Part shown: positions 12,395 through 25,499 of the stretch, one piece after another
Layout: each line of letters begins with the position of its first letter
Position numbering within the stretch: the first letter of the stretch is position 1
NCBI RefSeq assembly: GCF_006345805.1
Contig: NC_043001.1
Location: 23,746,001 to 23,810,000, forward strand
Direction of reading: 5' to 3'
DNA: 64,000 nucleotides
Source of the DNA: Octopus sinensis
Taxonomy: Eukaryota
Translations under genes and position numbers: made by a program
Notes under the pieces: generated by a model
The model's database searches: none
What the model was told of the DNA's origin: nothing
Seen by the model: only the letters and a program-made list of their open reading frames with translations

Positions 12395-12616
12395 GATCGA
12401 ATGCGTACAGAGCTATGTATGATTGTCCAGTGAAAGTACGTAATAAAAAAGACTTCTAAAATAATCATCTTTTCTACTATCTTTTCAATTAGGGGTTAGT
12501 CGATTACCTCGACCCCAGTGCTCTACTAGTACTTATTTCATCGACCCCGAAAGGATGAAAGACAAAGTCGACCTCGGCAGAGTTTCAATTCAAAACGTAA
12601 AGATGCTGCTAAGCAT

Positions 12617-13142
12617 TCTTCTTCTTCTTCTTCTTCTTCTCTTTCTTCTCCTCCTCCTCCTTCTTCCTCTCTTTCTTCTTCTTCTTCTTCTTCTTCTTCT
12701 TCTTCTCCTCCTCTTTCTCCTCCTTCTTCTTCTCTTTCTTCTCCTCCTCCTTCTTCTTCTCTTTCTTCTTCTTCTTCTTCTTCTTCTTCTTCTTCTCTCT
12801 TTCTTCTTCTTCTTCTTCTTCTTCTTCTTCTCTTTCTTCTCCTTCTCCTCCTCCTCCTTCTTCTTCTCCTCTTTCTCCTCCTCCTCCTTATTCTTCTCTT
12901 TCTTCTCCTCCTCCTTCTCCTTCTCTTTCTTCTTCTTCTTCTTCTTCTCCTCCTCCTCCTCCACCTCCTCCACCACCTCCTCCTTCGCCTCCTCCTCCTC
13001 CTTCTTCTTCTTCTCCTCTTTCTCCTCCTCCTCCTTATTCTTCTCTTTCTTCTCCTCCTCCTCCTCCTCCTCCTCCTCCGCCTCCTCCTCCTTCTTCTTC
13101 TTCTTCTTCTTCTTCTTCTTCTTCTTCTTCTTCTTCTTCTTC
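12617..13142. repeat. (CTT)n/(CCT)n polypyrimidine tract
   Basis: ~525 bp almost purely C/T on the + strand. Confidence 0.95.
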
Positions 13143-13299
13143 TAATACTAGTAATAACAACAACGACAATAACAACAACAACAACAATATCAATGTGTAA
13201 TAATGATTTCTTTTAGAATAGCAGCAATTTTTAACACAGATACAAGACCACGCTTCTTTGGGTACGTTTCATGTGATGGAAACTATGGTTACATTGTGG

Positions 13300-13710
13300 A
13301 ATATAGCCGGTTCCTGGCAGCTCTACCTTGAAAACACGCTCGTAAAATTTACTGTTTTCCACTGTAGTACTTCCAGACCAAAAGACTTCTAAATAGTTCG
13401 GACTCGGAAAGACTACTCGAACGTTTCTTGACAAACTCCGAAGTTGTTCCCAAATATCGTCATCCATACCTTCCACCAAACCTCTATAAAATGCAAGTGT
13501 TGATGTTCCACCGATCACATTGCCTAGCTTGTGGAATTTCAGATGCCAAATACTCTAACTCGGGCTGCACTTGTTCCAGGACTGCAATTGGGTACCTCCC
13601 CCCCAAAAAAATGACAGGCGGCTCACCGTCGTCGTTCTTGTATCTGTGAAGATGTCGTAGCACCAGCAAATGCAGGTAGTCCGGCAATTAGGGCACCTTG
13701 AAACCTTCTG
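13300..13710 (-). pseudogene. Degenerate, internally deleted L1/Tx1-type LINE ORF2 fragment
   Basis: [16 protein letters not shown] aligns with [17 protein letters not shown] at ~58130. Confidence 0.6.
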
Positions 13711-13737
13711 GAGTAGTTGGTAAGTGATGGATCTTCT

Positions 13738-13987
13738 GTGGAGGTGCGTGGCTTAGTGGTTAGGGTGTCAGCATCATGATCGTAAGATTGTGGTTTCGTT
13801 TCCTGGACCGGGCTACGCGTTGTGCTCTTGAGCAAAACACTTCATTTCACTTTGCTCCAGTCCACTCAGCTGGCAAAAATGAGTAACGCTGCGATGAACT
13901 GGCGTTCCGTCCAGCTGGGGAACACATACGCCATAGAAACCGGGAAACCGGACCCATGAGCCTGGCTAGGCTTTAAAAGGGCGCATT
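13738..13987 (+). mobile_element. tRNA-derived SINE family D
   Basis: Head gtggcttagtggttagggtg...gtttcgtttcc, body cttgagcaaaacacttcatttcac...ccagtccactcagctgg; relatives at 21190-21310, 43620-44390 and 50160-50365. Confidence 0.75.
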
Positions 13988-13996
13988 TATTTTGTG

Positions 13997-14290
13997 TAGA
14001 GGCACATGGCCTAGTGGTTAGAGCAGCGGACTCGCGGTCGAGGGATCGCGGGTTCGAATCTCAGACCGGGCGATGTGTGTGTATATGAGCGAAACACCTA
14101 AGCACCACGCGGATCCGGCAGAAGGTAATGGCGAACTTCTGATGACTATTTCGCCACAACTTTCTCTCACTCTTTCCTCCTGCATCTTGCAGCTCACCTG
14201 CGACGGACCGGCGTTCTATCCAGGTGGGGAATCTATACTCCAAGGAAACCGGGAAACCGGACCTTATGAGCCAGGCATGGCTCGAGAAGG
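13997..14290 (+). mobile_element. SINE with family B head/body and family D-like tail
   Basis: Head ggcctagtggttagagcagcggactcgcgg...ggttcgaatc; tail ggaaaccgggaaaccgg; second copy at 30713-31000. Confidence 0.75.
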
Positions 14291-14892
14291 ATTGATCTTC
14301 TGATCAGCGTAACTTGTACCTTTTAAAAGAAGCGAGAGAGCATACATCCGAATTTTTTCAAACTGTCAAATGGCAGCGAAACTCTGAATTTATGTAGGTG
14401 TTAGTCACTTCCATTCGAACGTTTAGAAACAGCTTCCATCCATTCTATTTCTGAGTGAGACTAACCATCCTGCTTTTCTTCATTTGGACGTTTGAACGTC
14501 AAGAACTTTAAGCGGGTCGAATTCTCAACGATGGAAACTACTGACACTCACGGACTTGCTTCTCCAGGAGCTGAACATCAGGTCCACCGATTTGTCCTTT
14601 GTTAATGCGTTCTTCTAACCACCGATATCCCTCTAGTTTGTTACCGATAAAAAGAGCTCTATACCATGACGGTCATCTCGTCCAAGTGATTCAGACACGG
14701 TCCTCCTGGGTTCCCTTCCGAATGAGAAACCCCACAACATCTGCAGCCTACGCAGCAACGGCTCATATACAGAAAAAAAATAAGACAGGGCGGTGGATTG
14801 GCAGAATCGTTAGAGAGTCGAGTGAGATACCTTGTGGTGTTTGTTTTGAGTCTTTTGACGGTTAAATTGAATGAGTCAACTAGTTTGATATA

Positions 14893-15376
14893 TATTTCTT
14901 TACTACCCACAAGGGGCTAAACACAGAGGGGACAAACAAGGACAGATAAACGGATTAAGTCGATTACATCGACCCCAGTGCGTAACTGGTACTTAATTTA
15001 TCGACCCCGAAAGGATGAAAGGCAAAGTCGACCTCGGCGGAATTTGAACCCAGAACGTAACGGCAGACGAAATATGGCTATGTATTTCGCCCGGCGTGCT
15101 AACTTTTCTGCCAGCTCGCCACCTTTGATATAATCCTCTGATATATATTTCTTTACTACCCACAAGGGGCTAAACATAGAAGGGACAAACAAGGACAGAC
15201 AAAGGGATTAAATCGACTACATCGACCCAGTGCGTAACTGGTACTCTATTTATCGACCCCGAGAGGATGTAAGGCAAAGTCGACCTCAGCGGAATTTGAA
15301 CTCAGAACGTAACGACAGACGAAATACCGCTAAGCATTTCACCCGGCGCGCTAACGTTTCTGCCAGCTCGCCGCCT
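14893..15376 (-). mobile_element. Two complete SINE family A copies at one site with reiterated flank
   Basis: Flank (t)ttgatataatcctctgat recurs between and after the copies. Confidence 0.85.
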
Positions 15377-15924
15377 TTGATATAATCCTCTGATATAATC
15401 CAGTTTGATATAATCCTCTGATCACTGCGTGGGTGGGTGGTACTTAGCGGAATTCATTCTATTGTAAATATTCAGACCACGTCTCCTGGCTGAGGATAAC
15501 TTTCTCCCTTCCTCCTACAAATCTTGGAGGTCCTGCACCCCACTCTAAAAGAAAAGCTACCCTGCAAAACAAAACAACTCCTCGCCTCCCCAAAACGGGT
15601 ACATGAGCGCTGACCTCCACTCTTCATGAAAACAGTAAAAAATAATTCGATAATTTACATGTATATTTACATTCTGTTCAGATTCGTCCATTCTCATCTC
15701 TTAATCTGTTCGTTTCTTCATCTGTTCATCTATTTATTTGCAAGCAGGTGTAGGCGTTGTTTTTCTTTAACACTAAGTCAGGCGTGACGAAGCGAATCCA
15801 TAATGAAAGGGTTGATAGATTTATCGAACTAATCTTCTTGTTTTTTCAGTCATAGTATATTTGATGTTACATTATCTAATCTTGCCTTGTGCCAAAATTT
15901 GAAACTAATGTTACATTATCAAAT

Positions 15925-16285
15925 AAGGCGGCGAGCTGGCAGAAACGTTAGCACGCCGGGCGAAATGCTTAGCAGTATTCGTCTGTCGCTACGTTCTGAG
16001 TTCAATTCCCCGAGGTCGACTTTGCTTTCATCCTTTCGAGGTCGATTAATAAGTACCAGTACGCACTGGGTTGATATAATCGACTTAATCCGTTTGTCTG
16101 TCCTTGTTTGTCCCCTCTGTGTTTAGCCCCTTGTGGGTAGTAAAAAAATAGGTATTTTGTCTGTCCTTACGTTCTGAGTTCAAGTTCCGCCGAGGTTGGT
16201 TTTTGCCTTTCATCTTTTTGTGGTGGATAATCGACTTATCTCCTCTTCCAAAATTGCTGGCCTTGTGCCAAAATTTAAAACCACT
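15925..16285 (+). mobile_element. SINE family A head plus a second headless unit with an alternative tail
   Basis: Junction aaataggtattttgtctg; ends in ggccttgtgccaaaattt. Confidence 0.75.
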
Positions 16286-17689
16286 TTTACATCATCTAAT
16301 GTATCGCCAGTCCCTTTGTAAGATGGTAGGACGTGATTCGAAATAAATTCTTGCGGGTCGAGTCATTTCATAGCGTCATTCGTGAAGAAATTTGGCCCAC
16401 AATGAAATTTGAAACAGCTGCTGACAAAGTTTCCAAAAAATAGTTAAATTCCCAAGACAACATTTTTATGTGAGCTACATACCTATGAATTAGTAATTTG
16501 TAAAAATTAAAAAAACCTTATTTCTTTGAGAAGCTACGAGGCCTTACAGGTTCTTATGCATTTTCAGCGTCTTTGGTACTAAGTAGGATCCTCACACCTG
16601 ATGTAGTGGTTCCTCATTTGTAGTTCCTTTGGTAATATTTAAACTAATGTTTTGTGAATTATTTCGTTTCAGGCATATCGGTCTCAAGCAGAAATAACGA
16701 GTTAATCGAAGAAATAATGAGTTAATAATTCTCTGAATAATTTTGTTATTTGAAGGATATTGCAATGAAAGCAAAAGACCATTAGTTACAAATGGTTGAC
16801 AGAAAAAGAATATTCACATATACAACACGTGACGACGTCTGGCGATATACGATTAAATGACAATAGAAACAAATTATTAGTTAGATTACACGTGAAAAAG
16901 AAACACGAGTGAATCTGAACAATCTGCTTGCAACTTCAAGCTAAAGCCAACTCATTAAAGTCTTCATCAAAATTGAGAACGTACACTCTATATAGAACGG
17001 TATCAGCTGCATCCAGCTTATAAACTGCACGAGAGGTTTTATTTTATTGTTATCAACAACAATGGCATAATTGTATTTATACTGAGAAAATAACACAACT
17101 AATAACGGATTTTAATAAAATCTCATCACTCTTAGCCTTTTCGTTGCAAAATCTCACCACCTCCTCTTCTCCTTATCCAATTTCTATTTCATATGATTAT
17201 TATTAGAATTTTTCTCAGCAGCTTTTAATCTTTCTCCACTTGGTTTTCTTAACAATTTTATCTTCACCATTGTAGATATCATTGCAATCATAGCTTTTAG
17301 CTAGGTATTTCATATACAATTTCCTTATGTCAAATATCCAACTGGTTTGTTTCACTTACCGGAGGCTTTTTTTTCCTCTGCTGTCGTTTCAAATTCCGAT
17401 TTGTTGAGATAGAATATAAAAAAAAAGTGAATGATATTATTCATAAAATAAAAACCAAACAAACAAATATTGTCCTTTAATTTTATTACAGAAAATGATT
17501 GGAGAAGTTTGTTATAAGGTATGGCTAAATGGCTAAGAAGTTCGCTGCGCAGCCACGAGTTTTCTCGATGTTCTACCGCATGACACTTTGATCAAGCTTC
17601 TCGACATTATCTTCAGATCTACTAAAGCTTTGTAGTAAAATTAATCCGTCGCTCGGTTTGACCCCCACCACCTGTCACTTCATATACCT

Positions 17690-18105
17690 CTTTCTTTATT
17701 ACCCACAAGGGCCTAAACATAGAGGGGACAAACAAGGACAGACAAACGGATTAAGTCGATTACATCGATCCCAGTGCGTAACTGGTACTTAATTTATCGA
17801 CCCCGAAAGGATGAAAGGCAAAGTCGACCTCGGCGGAATTTGAACTTAGAACGTAGCGGCAGATGAAATATCTACTTCTTTACTACTCACAATGGGATAA
17901 AGACAGAGAGGACAAACAAGGACAGACAAACGGATTAAGTCGATTATATCGATGTCAATGCGTAACTGGTACTTAATTTATCGACCCCGAAAGGATGAAA
18001 GGCAAAGTCGACCTCGGCGGAATTTGAACTCAGAACGTAACGGCAGACGAAACACAACTAAGCATTTCACCCGGCGTGCTAACGAATCTGCCAGCTCGCC
18101 GTCCT
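17690..18105 (-). mobile_element. SINE family A dimer (one head)
   Basis: Two ~180-bp units; imperfect TSD tgtc(c)acttcata(t/c)acc. Confidence 0.85.
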
Positions 18106-18249
18106 TGTCCACTTCATACACCTTTAGCAGAGTCCACGCAGTCATAGAAGCACGCTGATCATGTTTTCCATTAAAAATATGTCCAAAGAGGGTGATATGT
18201 GTGTGTGTGAGAGAGAGAGATAGCTAGATAGAGATAGATAGATATATAG

Positions 18250-18279
<30 letters not shown>

Positions 18280-18281
<2 letters not shown>

Positions 18282-18628
18282 GATTTGTAGGTGATTATCT
18301 AATGCATCTAATGTCAAGTTCAAGTAATTAGATTGACGAACAAATTTGTGTTGATGACGTTTGGAAAGAATACCAAAATGTATCGATAATTTGGGTGATA
18401 TTCTTAATCATTTATGCCCCAATAAGCATGATGCAAATGCCACAAAAATTGATCCAGACAATATCATTGACTTAGTTTGCTATGAAACTAATTAAAAAAA
18501 AATCGTAACCTTCAAAACCAATGTAGTTGTTTTCTTCTAAAGAAAAAATCTTCTGTTTTGGAAATCAACCAACACTTTTGTGCTGAACTCTGAACATTTT
18601 ACTCTTCAAAAAAAGCAATCTGCATTGA

Positions 18629-18694
<66 letters not shown>

Positions 18695-18823
18695 GTGGTG
18701 TATATATATATTATATGTGTATATATATATATATGTGTATATTATATATATGGTGTATATTATATATATATATATGTGTATATGTATAATATATATTTAT
18801 CATGTATATATATATATATATAT

Positions 18824-18861
<38 letters not shown>

Positions 18862-18865
18862 TATA

Positions 18866-18908
<43 letters not shown>

Positions 18909-19261
18909 ATATATATATATTATATATATGTGTGTGTGTGTGAAAGTTCTATTTCGAATCACACGTGTTTCGAGATGTGCTGAAGATTTTCTATTTTTGA
19001 TATATTTGGGGTACTTAGGTCTGCTCAGGACTTAGTGCTTGATTTTTCCATGAGTATGAGTAAGTATTTCATTTATGTCTTACGTATTTATCGCTGAGGA
19101 GGAGAAAATTCTTATGAATTAACTCTGAAATTGGGACCAATACGGTAATAAGGAAATTTTTTTAGAAATTTCTATCGGCTTGTTTCGAGACGCATAAATT
19201 ATAATGGTTATTGACAATTTGTCTATTTTCGGCATATTTGGCATTAGAATTTTTCTTTTGC

Positions 19262-19304
<43 letters not shown>

Positions 19305-19322
19305 TATATAATATAATATATA

Positions 19323-19359
<37 letters not shown>

Positions 19360-19693
19360 AGGATTTTGTAGTGATTAGCATCTAATGTCAAGTTCAAGTA
19401 ATTATTTCATGAACAAATTTGTGTTGATGACGTTTGGAAAGAATACCAAAATGTATCGATAATTTGGGTGATACTCTTCGTCATTTATGCCCCAATAAAC
19501 ATGATGCAAATGCCACAAAAATTGATCCAGACAATATCGTTGACTTAGTTTGCTACGAAACTAATTAAAAAAAAATCGTAACCTTCAAAACCAATGTAGT
19601 TGTTTTCTAAAAAAAATCTACTTCTGTTTTGAAATTCAACCAACACTTTTTTTTGAACTGTGAACATTTCACTTCACAAAAAAGCAATCTGCA
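18280..19693 (+). repeat. Local direct duplication of ~340 bp (18280-18625 / 19360-19693)
   Basis: Near-identical gcatctaatgtcaagttcaagtaatta...aaaaagcaatctgca, both preceded by (GA)n. Confidence 0.9.
18632..18942. repeat. (TA)n-rich microsatellite
   Basis: Direct reading. Confidence 0.95.
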
Positions 19694-19812
19694 ACAGATT
19701 GATTGATTGATTGATTGATTAATTAATTAATGTAGATAACAGTGATGAAGCAAGATCGAAATCATTAAGCAGAATGATGGATATGTAAATTCCAGTATAA
19801 AATACATTTATC

Positions 19813-20249
19813 GGATCTTTTCGGTTTGAACGGCAGTTTTTAACATAATTTCTAGGTAACTAAAAAATTTTAAACTTTGTATACTGGTAGAATGTGTTTA
19901 TAAAACATCTTTTTCTCTTGGCTTTATTGAGAAAATTCTATAGTTTATAAGATATTTGTTGTTTTTTTTCTTCAATTTCTGCAATTTCAACCAATCACTG
20001 ACATCTATTGAGGTAAAAACATTCCGTGCCGTATGAATATGTCCCTCGTTTAAGAAACAGAATGGGTTTATTTACATTTGTGAAGAAAAAAGATACCCTT
20101 CCCTCATCCCTAACCCTAACCCTAACCCTAACTAACCCTAACCCTAAAACAGATTGAAATGCAATAGATCGATACTAGGGTCATAATTATGGGTGACAAT
20201 TTCATATGACACCGCTAGAAAAATACTGCCGTTCAAACCGAAAAGATCC
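19813..20249. mobile_element. MITE with GGATC-starting TIRs and internal (CCCTAA)n, copy 1
   Basis: TIR ggatcttttcggtttgaacggcag / ctgccgttcaaaccgaaaagatcc; degenerate 8-bp TSD catttatc/cttttatt. Confidence 0.85.
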
Positions 20250-20689
20250 CTTTTATTGCTTTTCAGGCAAGAAGGAACTAAAGAGCTTCCTTTTATTGCT
20301 TGACAAAATTGTTGCCAGAAACACAAGGCTGAATGCAATGTTTATGAAACAGCAGTATACAACTGGTAGTAGTAATACATCTGTATAATTTCTCGAGAAA
20401 CCATGCCGATGTAAAATATATAAAACAATTTAGTATCGGAAATCATGAGGAGAGATTTCAGTCGGTGAGCTACTCTTCTAATAGGATGTGCGATTGAATA
20501 TTTTATCTTCGCAGCTGAATATATCTTTCTTCCTATAAAACTACAGAAGAATAAAAATATAAAACTGAAAGAATGAAGTACTTACGGCGAATATTTCTAT
20601 CTAAATGCGGCAGATAGAGCTTATATTGAAACATTTCTGAAACCTAGGTTAAACTTGGCTCCTGGATTAAAAAAAAAATATTCTAACAC

Positions 20690-20756
20690 AATATAACGAT
20701 ATGTAATATATATATATTATATATATATATATACTATATATATATATATATATATA

Positions 20757-20799
<43 letters not shown>

Positions 20800-21005
20800 C
20801 ATACATACATACATACATACATACATACATTAAATACATAATACATACATACATAACTATGTATGTGTATGTATGTATATATATATTTAATATATATATA
20901 TATATATAAATATATATATGTATGTTTGTATGTATGTGTATATATATTATATATATATATAATATATATTATATATATATTATATATATTATATATATAT
21001 ATTAC
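20690..21005. repeat. (TA)/(TACA) microsatellite
   Basis: Direct reading. Confidence 0.95.
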
Positions 21006-21515
21006 ATACCACACGTTTGTAAGAATATTTTGTAAATGTAACGAGATAATATAATTACAAATACTTGGAGATTCGCATGTCTAGGAGAACATGTTCTTTC
21101 GATAACAACCGAATCTGTAACCTGCACAGACCTGATTACAGAGCTAAAAGTATTTATTAAACACATCAAGTCTTCTCTGTTTCCTTTGTAGTGGTTAGGG
21201 TATTCGATTTAGACTATAAGACAAAGAGTTCGAATCCTGGATTGGGTGGAGCATGTTGTCCTTGAGCAAAGTACTTCATTTCACTTTACTCCAGTCAACT
21301 CAGCTGTAACGAGTGCGAGCCCGATGCTGGTACAGCTTTCCCACATCCTGGATATGCCACTAGGCATAATTATGCTGATAGGGTGTCTACATAGGCACTT
21401 GGAACGGTTAGTAAAAGCATTATACATGCAACCGAGCCATACTTGCTCGCGAATGTTGGTTGTGTGGATGTACACACACACATACACACACACACATTCA
21501 CATTATATACCCTAT

Positions 21516-21563
<48 letters not shown>

Positions 21564-21642
21564 TATATATATATATATATATATACATTTATTTGTATGT
21601 ATGATGTATGCATGCATGTATGTATGTATGTATGTACGTATA

Positions 21643-21673
<31 letters not shown>

Positions 21674-21723
21674 TGTATGTATGTATGTATGTATGTATGT
21701 ATGTATGTATCTTTATCTATTAT

Positions 21724-22107
21724 TGGAGGCTCAGTTGCTTAGTGGTTAGGGCAGTGGACTCGCGGTCTTAGGATCGCGGTTTCGATTCCCAGACCGGGCG
21801 TTGTGAGTGTTTATTGAGCAAAAACGCCTAAAGCTCCACGAGGTTCTGGCAGGGGTTGGTGGTGAACCTTGCTGTACTCTTTCACCTCAACTTTCTCTCA
21901 CTCTTTCTTCCTGTTTCTGTTGTACCTGTATTTCAAAGGGCCAGCCTTGTCACACTCTGTGTCTCGCTGAATCTCCCTGAGAACTACGTTAAGGGTACAC
22001 GTGTCTGTGGAGTGCTCAGCCACTTACACGTTAATTTCACGAGCAGGCTGTTCCGTTGATCGGATCAACTGGAACACTCGTCGTCGTAACCGACGGAGTG
22101 CCAGCAA
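21724..22107 (+). mobile_element. SINE family B
   Basis: Homologous to 4339-4727 and 52600-52987; followed by (CTAT)n. Confidence 0.9.
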
Positions 22108-22109
22108 CA

Positions 22110-22215
<106 letters not shown>

Positions 22216-22369
22216 GAGTTGGTGGACAAACGAAAGAAGGGTGCTCGACCAATTTATTGGAAGTTACATTTATGGATCAAAATAGTTTGATTGAAATTCG
22301 TTGGTACTCTTGAGTCTCAAGTGTGATGCTAGTCGTCAGTCATTTAAAATTTGAGTACCAAAGACAAAG

Positions 22370-22429
<60 letters not shown>

Positions 22430-22442
<13 letters not shown>

Positions 22443-22910
22443 TAGTAATTAGAGTGTTGCACTCAGGAATTGAATTGAAACCGCGATCTGTGTGCGTGTG
22501 TGGCAGGTTTGGTAGCCTTCAACTAACACTATCTCCTCCGAGACCCTGCGGCACAAGTTGACTAAAATTGAGATTATGATAGAAGAAGGCTTACTCTTTA
22601 TTCCGTAGAAGAAAAGATTCAAATCGGACATGTTAAGACCAAAAATTAATTACATTAAAAAGGTGCTTTTTTTTTCTATGAAAATCCCTATTTATTACGA
22701 TTTTTTGACTGCTGTGTCGCCATTTTTCGGTGTATTTAAACCAGAAAAATGTTCCCTTAAAGAGAATAACAAGCTACATAATGCAAAAGTTTTACTTTTC
22801 AAAAGAGATTGAAAGTATGTCAAGACTTTGTTAACGCGACATCAAAGTCTGCCATTTTATGCGCAACTAAAAAAAACACAAACCCGAGTAACGCCGGGCT
22901 ATACTGCTAG
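22430..22910 (+). mobile_element. Non-autonomous Helitron (second family)
   Basis: 3' end aacccgagtaacgccgggctatactgCTAG-T, nearly identical to the end of 8881-9274; 5' end lost in (TA)n. Confidence 0.7.
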
Positions 22911-23426
22911 TCTTTATATAAAATAAGTATTGCACATTTAAAAGTTAAGAAAGTAAAATGCTTAAAATTTTTATATAAAAATAACTGCATTTAAATATAA
23001 TCCCAGTTGCCCTGATTTTATAGTAGCGTCCTCTAGCATCTTGACGTTTAATTGGTTTTGTCTATTTCTGATGCCAGGGAAAAACAACCATTCTTCAGCC
23101 ATTATGTCATGTTTGCGAAGCTTGTTTTATACAGCTGTAGTTGTAGAGATGGTCAAGAAAGTAGAATTAGTGTAACAGTTCTAAATATAGCAACATTGAA
23201 CTCAATTTATGAAGTCACTCTAAACTCATGCTCACTTACCATGGATTTGTACTCAACATATTATAGTATTTGCGTTGCAAAATGTCTGTATGTGACATAG
23301 AATATGTATAAGTAAACATACCAATCTCCTTGACATCCGGTAATTCAAAACTAAGGATTTTTCAAATTAAGTACATCAATCCTTGTAATATGTAATGGAA
23401 TATTTCGAAGTACGTCTCTTATACTT

Positions 23427-23795
23427 CATCCCCTCCTCGCCGTGGTGGGGACCCTGGCAACGGGTAGTGTCAGAGCTATGCCGTCGGGAACTTCGGTTCC
23501 TGGTCGGGCCACCCAAGGCGGATTGGTCTGACACCGAGTGGTATTAGAGCCACAACCCGGCAGTCGGGGCTCTCTGGTGAAAATCCTCGGAGTGTCTGTT
23601 GCGGCAACCGGCGGCTCCTCGGTCGTTCTGTCCCTGCGTCTGCGGACAATCTGCGGCAAACAGGATGTCTCCATATGCGGGATTGTTGGGGACCGCTGGT
23701 GAAATCCACACATTCCCACGAAACTTCTTCCATGAGTAGAAGAAGCCGACTCAACCCGCCCAGGGTGAATGTCGCCACAAGTACAAGTAAGTACA
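23427..23795 (+). mobile_element. GC-rich non-autonomous RTE-derived retroelement
   Basis: 5' motif gagctatgccg...gggccacccaaggcgga resembles RTE/BovB 5' UTRs (from memory); tail acaagtacaagtaagta. Confidence 0.55.
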
Positions 23796-24005
23796 TTTGT
23801 CTTCCCCATGGAATGACACCTTACGTTGCTCTCAGAGTATCAGAATGATAAGCAAGAAATGGCTTAAATTTCATGCCTCCAGTGACATTTGTTCATGGTC
23901 TTCATATTCTGGTACCTTTCCTATCTTGTTATAAAGGTTTTAGAGGGTAACTGCGTCAAAATTAGTCTAAACACATCAACATTGGAAACTAAATTTAGTA
24001 AATAT

Positions 24006-24453
24006 GGATCTTTTCGGTTTGACCGGCAGTTTTTTCTAGCGGTGTCATATGAAATTGTCACCCATAATTATGACCCTAGTATCGATGTATTGCATTTCAA
24101 TCTGTTTTAGGGTTAGGGTTAGAGTTAGGGTTAGTTAGGGTTAGGGTTAGGATAGGGAGAAGGGTATCTTTTTTTTCTTCACAAATGTAAATAAACCCAA
24201 TCTGTTTCTTAAACGAGGGACATATTCATACGGCACAGAATGTTTTTTTTTACCTCAATAGACGTCATTGATTGGTTGAAATTGCAGAAATTGAAGAAAA
24301 AAAACAACAATATCTTACAAACTATAGAATTTTCTCAATAAAGCCAAGAGAAAAAGATGTTTTATAAACACATTCTACCAGTATACGAAGTTTAAAAGTG
24401 TTTAGTTACGTGGAAATTATATTAAAAAACTGCCGGTCAAACCGAAAAGATCC
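24006..24453. mobile_element. MITE with internal (TTAGGG)n, copy 2, inverted relative to copy 1
   Basis: TIR ggatcttttcggtttgaccggcag / ctgccggtcaaaccgaaaagatcc; perfect 8-bp TSD gtaaatat (23998-24005/24454-24461). Confidence 0.9.
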
Positions 24454-24949
24454 GTAAATATTACCTCTTTCTATAATATACTTAAGTTCAGGAAATTTCG
24501 ATTTACTCTGGATGTTTCATTCCCCTGTTATCTGAATGCTTTAGAGATTAGACAGTTTCTTGAACTTTTCAATCGATGTACAAAAAGTAACAAACGTTCG
24601 AACCACTAATCAACCTTTTAATTAACAGTTTAAATACATTGACGCCTTTTAATGGCCAATGACACGAAGAGAGTGACGAGTGACGCTGAGACATGTCAAC
24701 CACTTAAACATTTAACATGTATTCATTTACTCTATGATCTTACCGTGTCCTTGTTAGTCTAGAAGTGTTACTTTCATTCAAATTTCGTTTGGCAAATTTA
24801 TTTTGTCAGATTGATTCATGGTTTTCAAAGTTGACAGTGAAAACCTAATAATTTCGCTGTAACATTTTTCTTTCCTTTGCTCACACACCTCAATTTATAA
24901 TCTCTAGTTTTGTATCTAATAAAATTGCTTTTTGTCATTGGTGTGATTA

Positions 24950-25314
24950 TTACTCTTTTGACTGCGGCCATGCTGGAGCACCGCCTTTAGTCGAGCAAAT
25001 TGACCTCAGGACTTATCCTTTGTAAGTCTAGTACTTTGCCGAACCGCTAAGTTACGGGGACGTAAACATACTAGTATAGGTTGTCAAGCGATGTGCGGGG
25101 GTAGGGAGGACAAACACAGACACACACACATATATATATACACATATATACGACGGGCTTCTTTCAGTTTCCGTCTACCAAATCCACTCACAAGGCTTTG
25201 ATCGACCCAAGGCTATAGTAGAAGACACTTGCCCAAGGTGCCACGCAGTGGGTCTGAACCCAGAATCATGTGGTTGGTAAGCAAGCTACTTACCACACAG
25301 CCACTCCTGCGCCT
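24950..25314 (-). mobile_element. SINE family C
   Basis: Full head ggcgcaggagtggctgtgtggtaag; tail ggcggtgctccagcatggccgcagtc. Confidence 0.85.
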
Positions 25315-25499
25315 ATTAGTTTATATCATTTTATTTCTACGGCTCTCCATGTTTGGTTTTGGTGAATGAAAGAACTGAATAACACCATCCTCATTTTCAT
25401 TTCTTGTCGTGATGTGTATAAGTGTTTTTAAATACATTAACGTCTACCCCTCGTAGGTTTCTGAGTTTTTTTATAAAGATATTGAAAACTGTGGGTCTT

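Noticed and set aside
12555-13145. Poly-L/F/S and poly-E/K/R ORFs
   Set aside because: Translation of the (CTT)n tract.
20108-20146. True telomere or chromosome-fusion scar
   Set aside because: The short tract is an internal part of a TIR element present twice.
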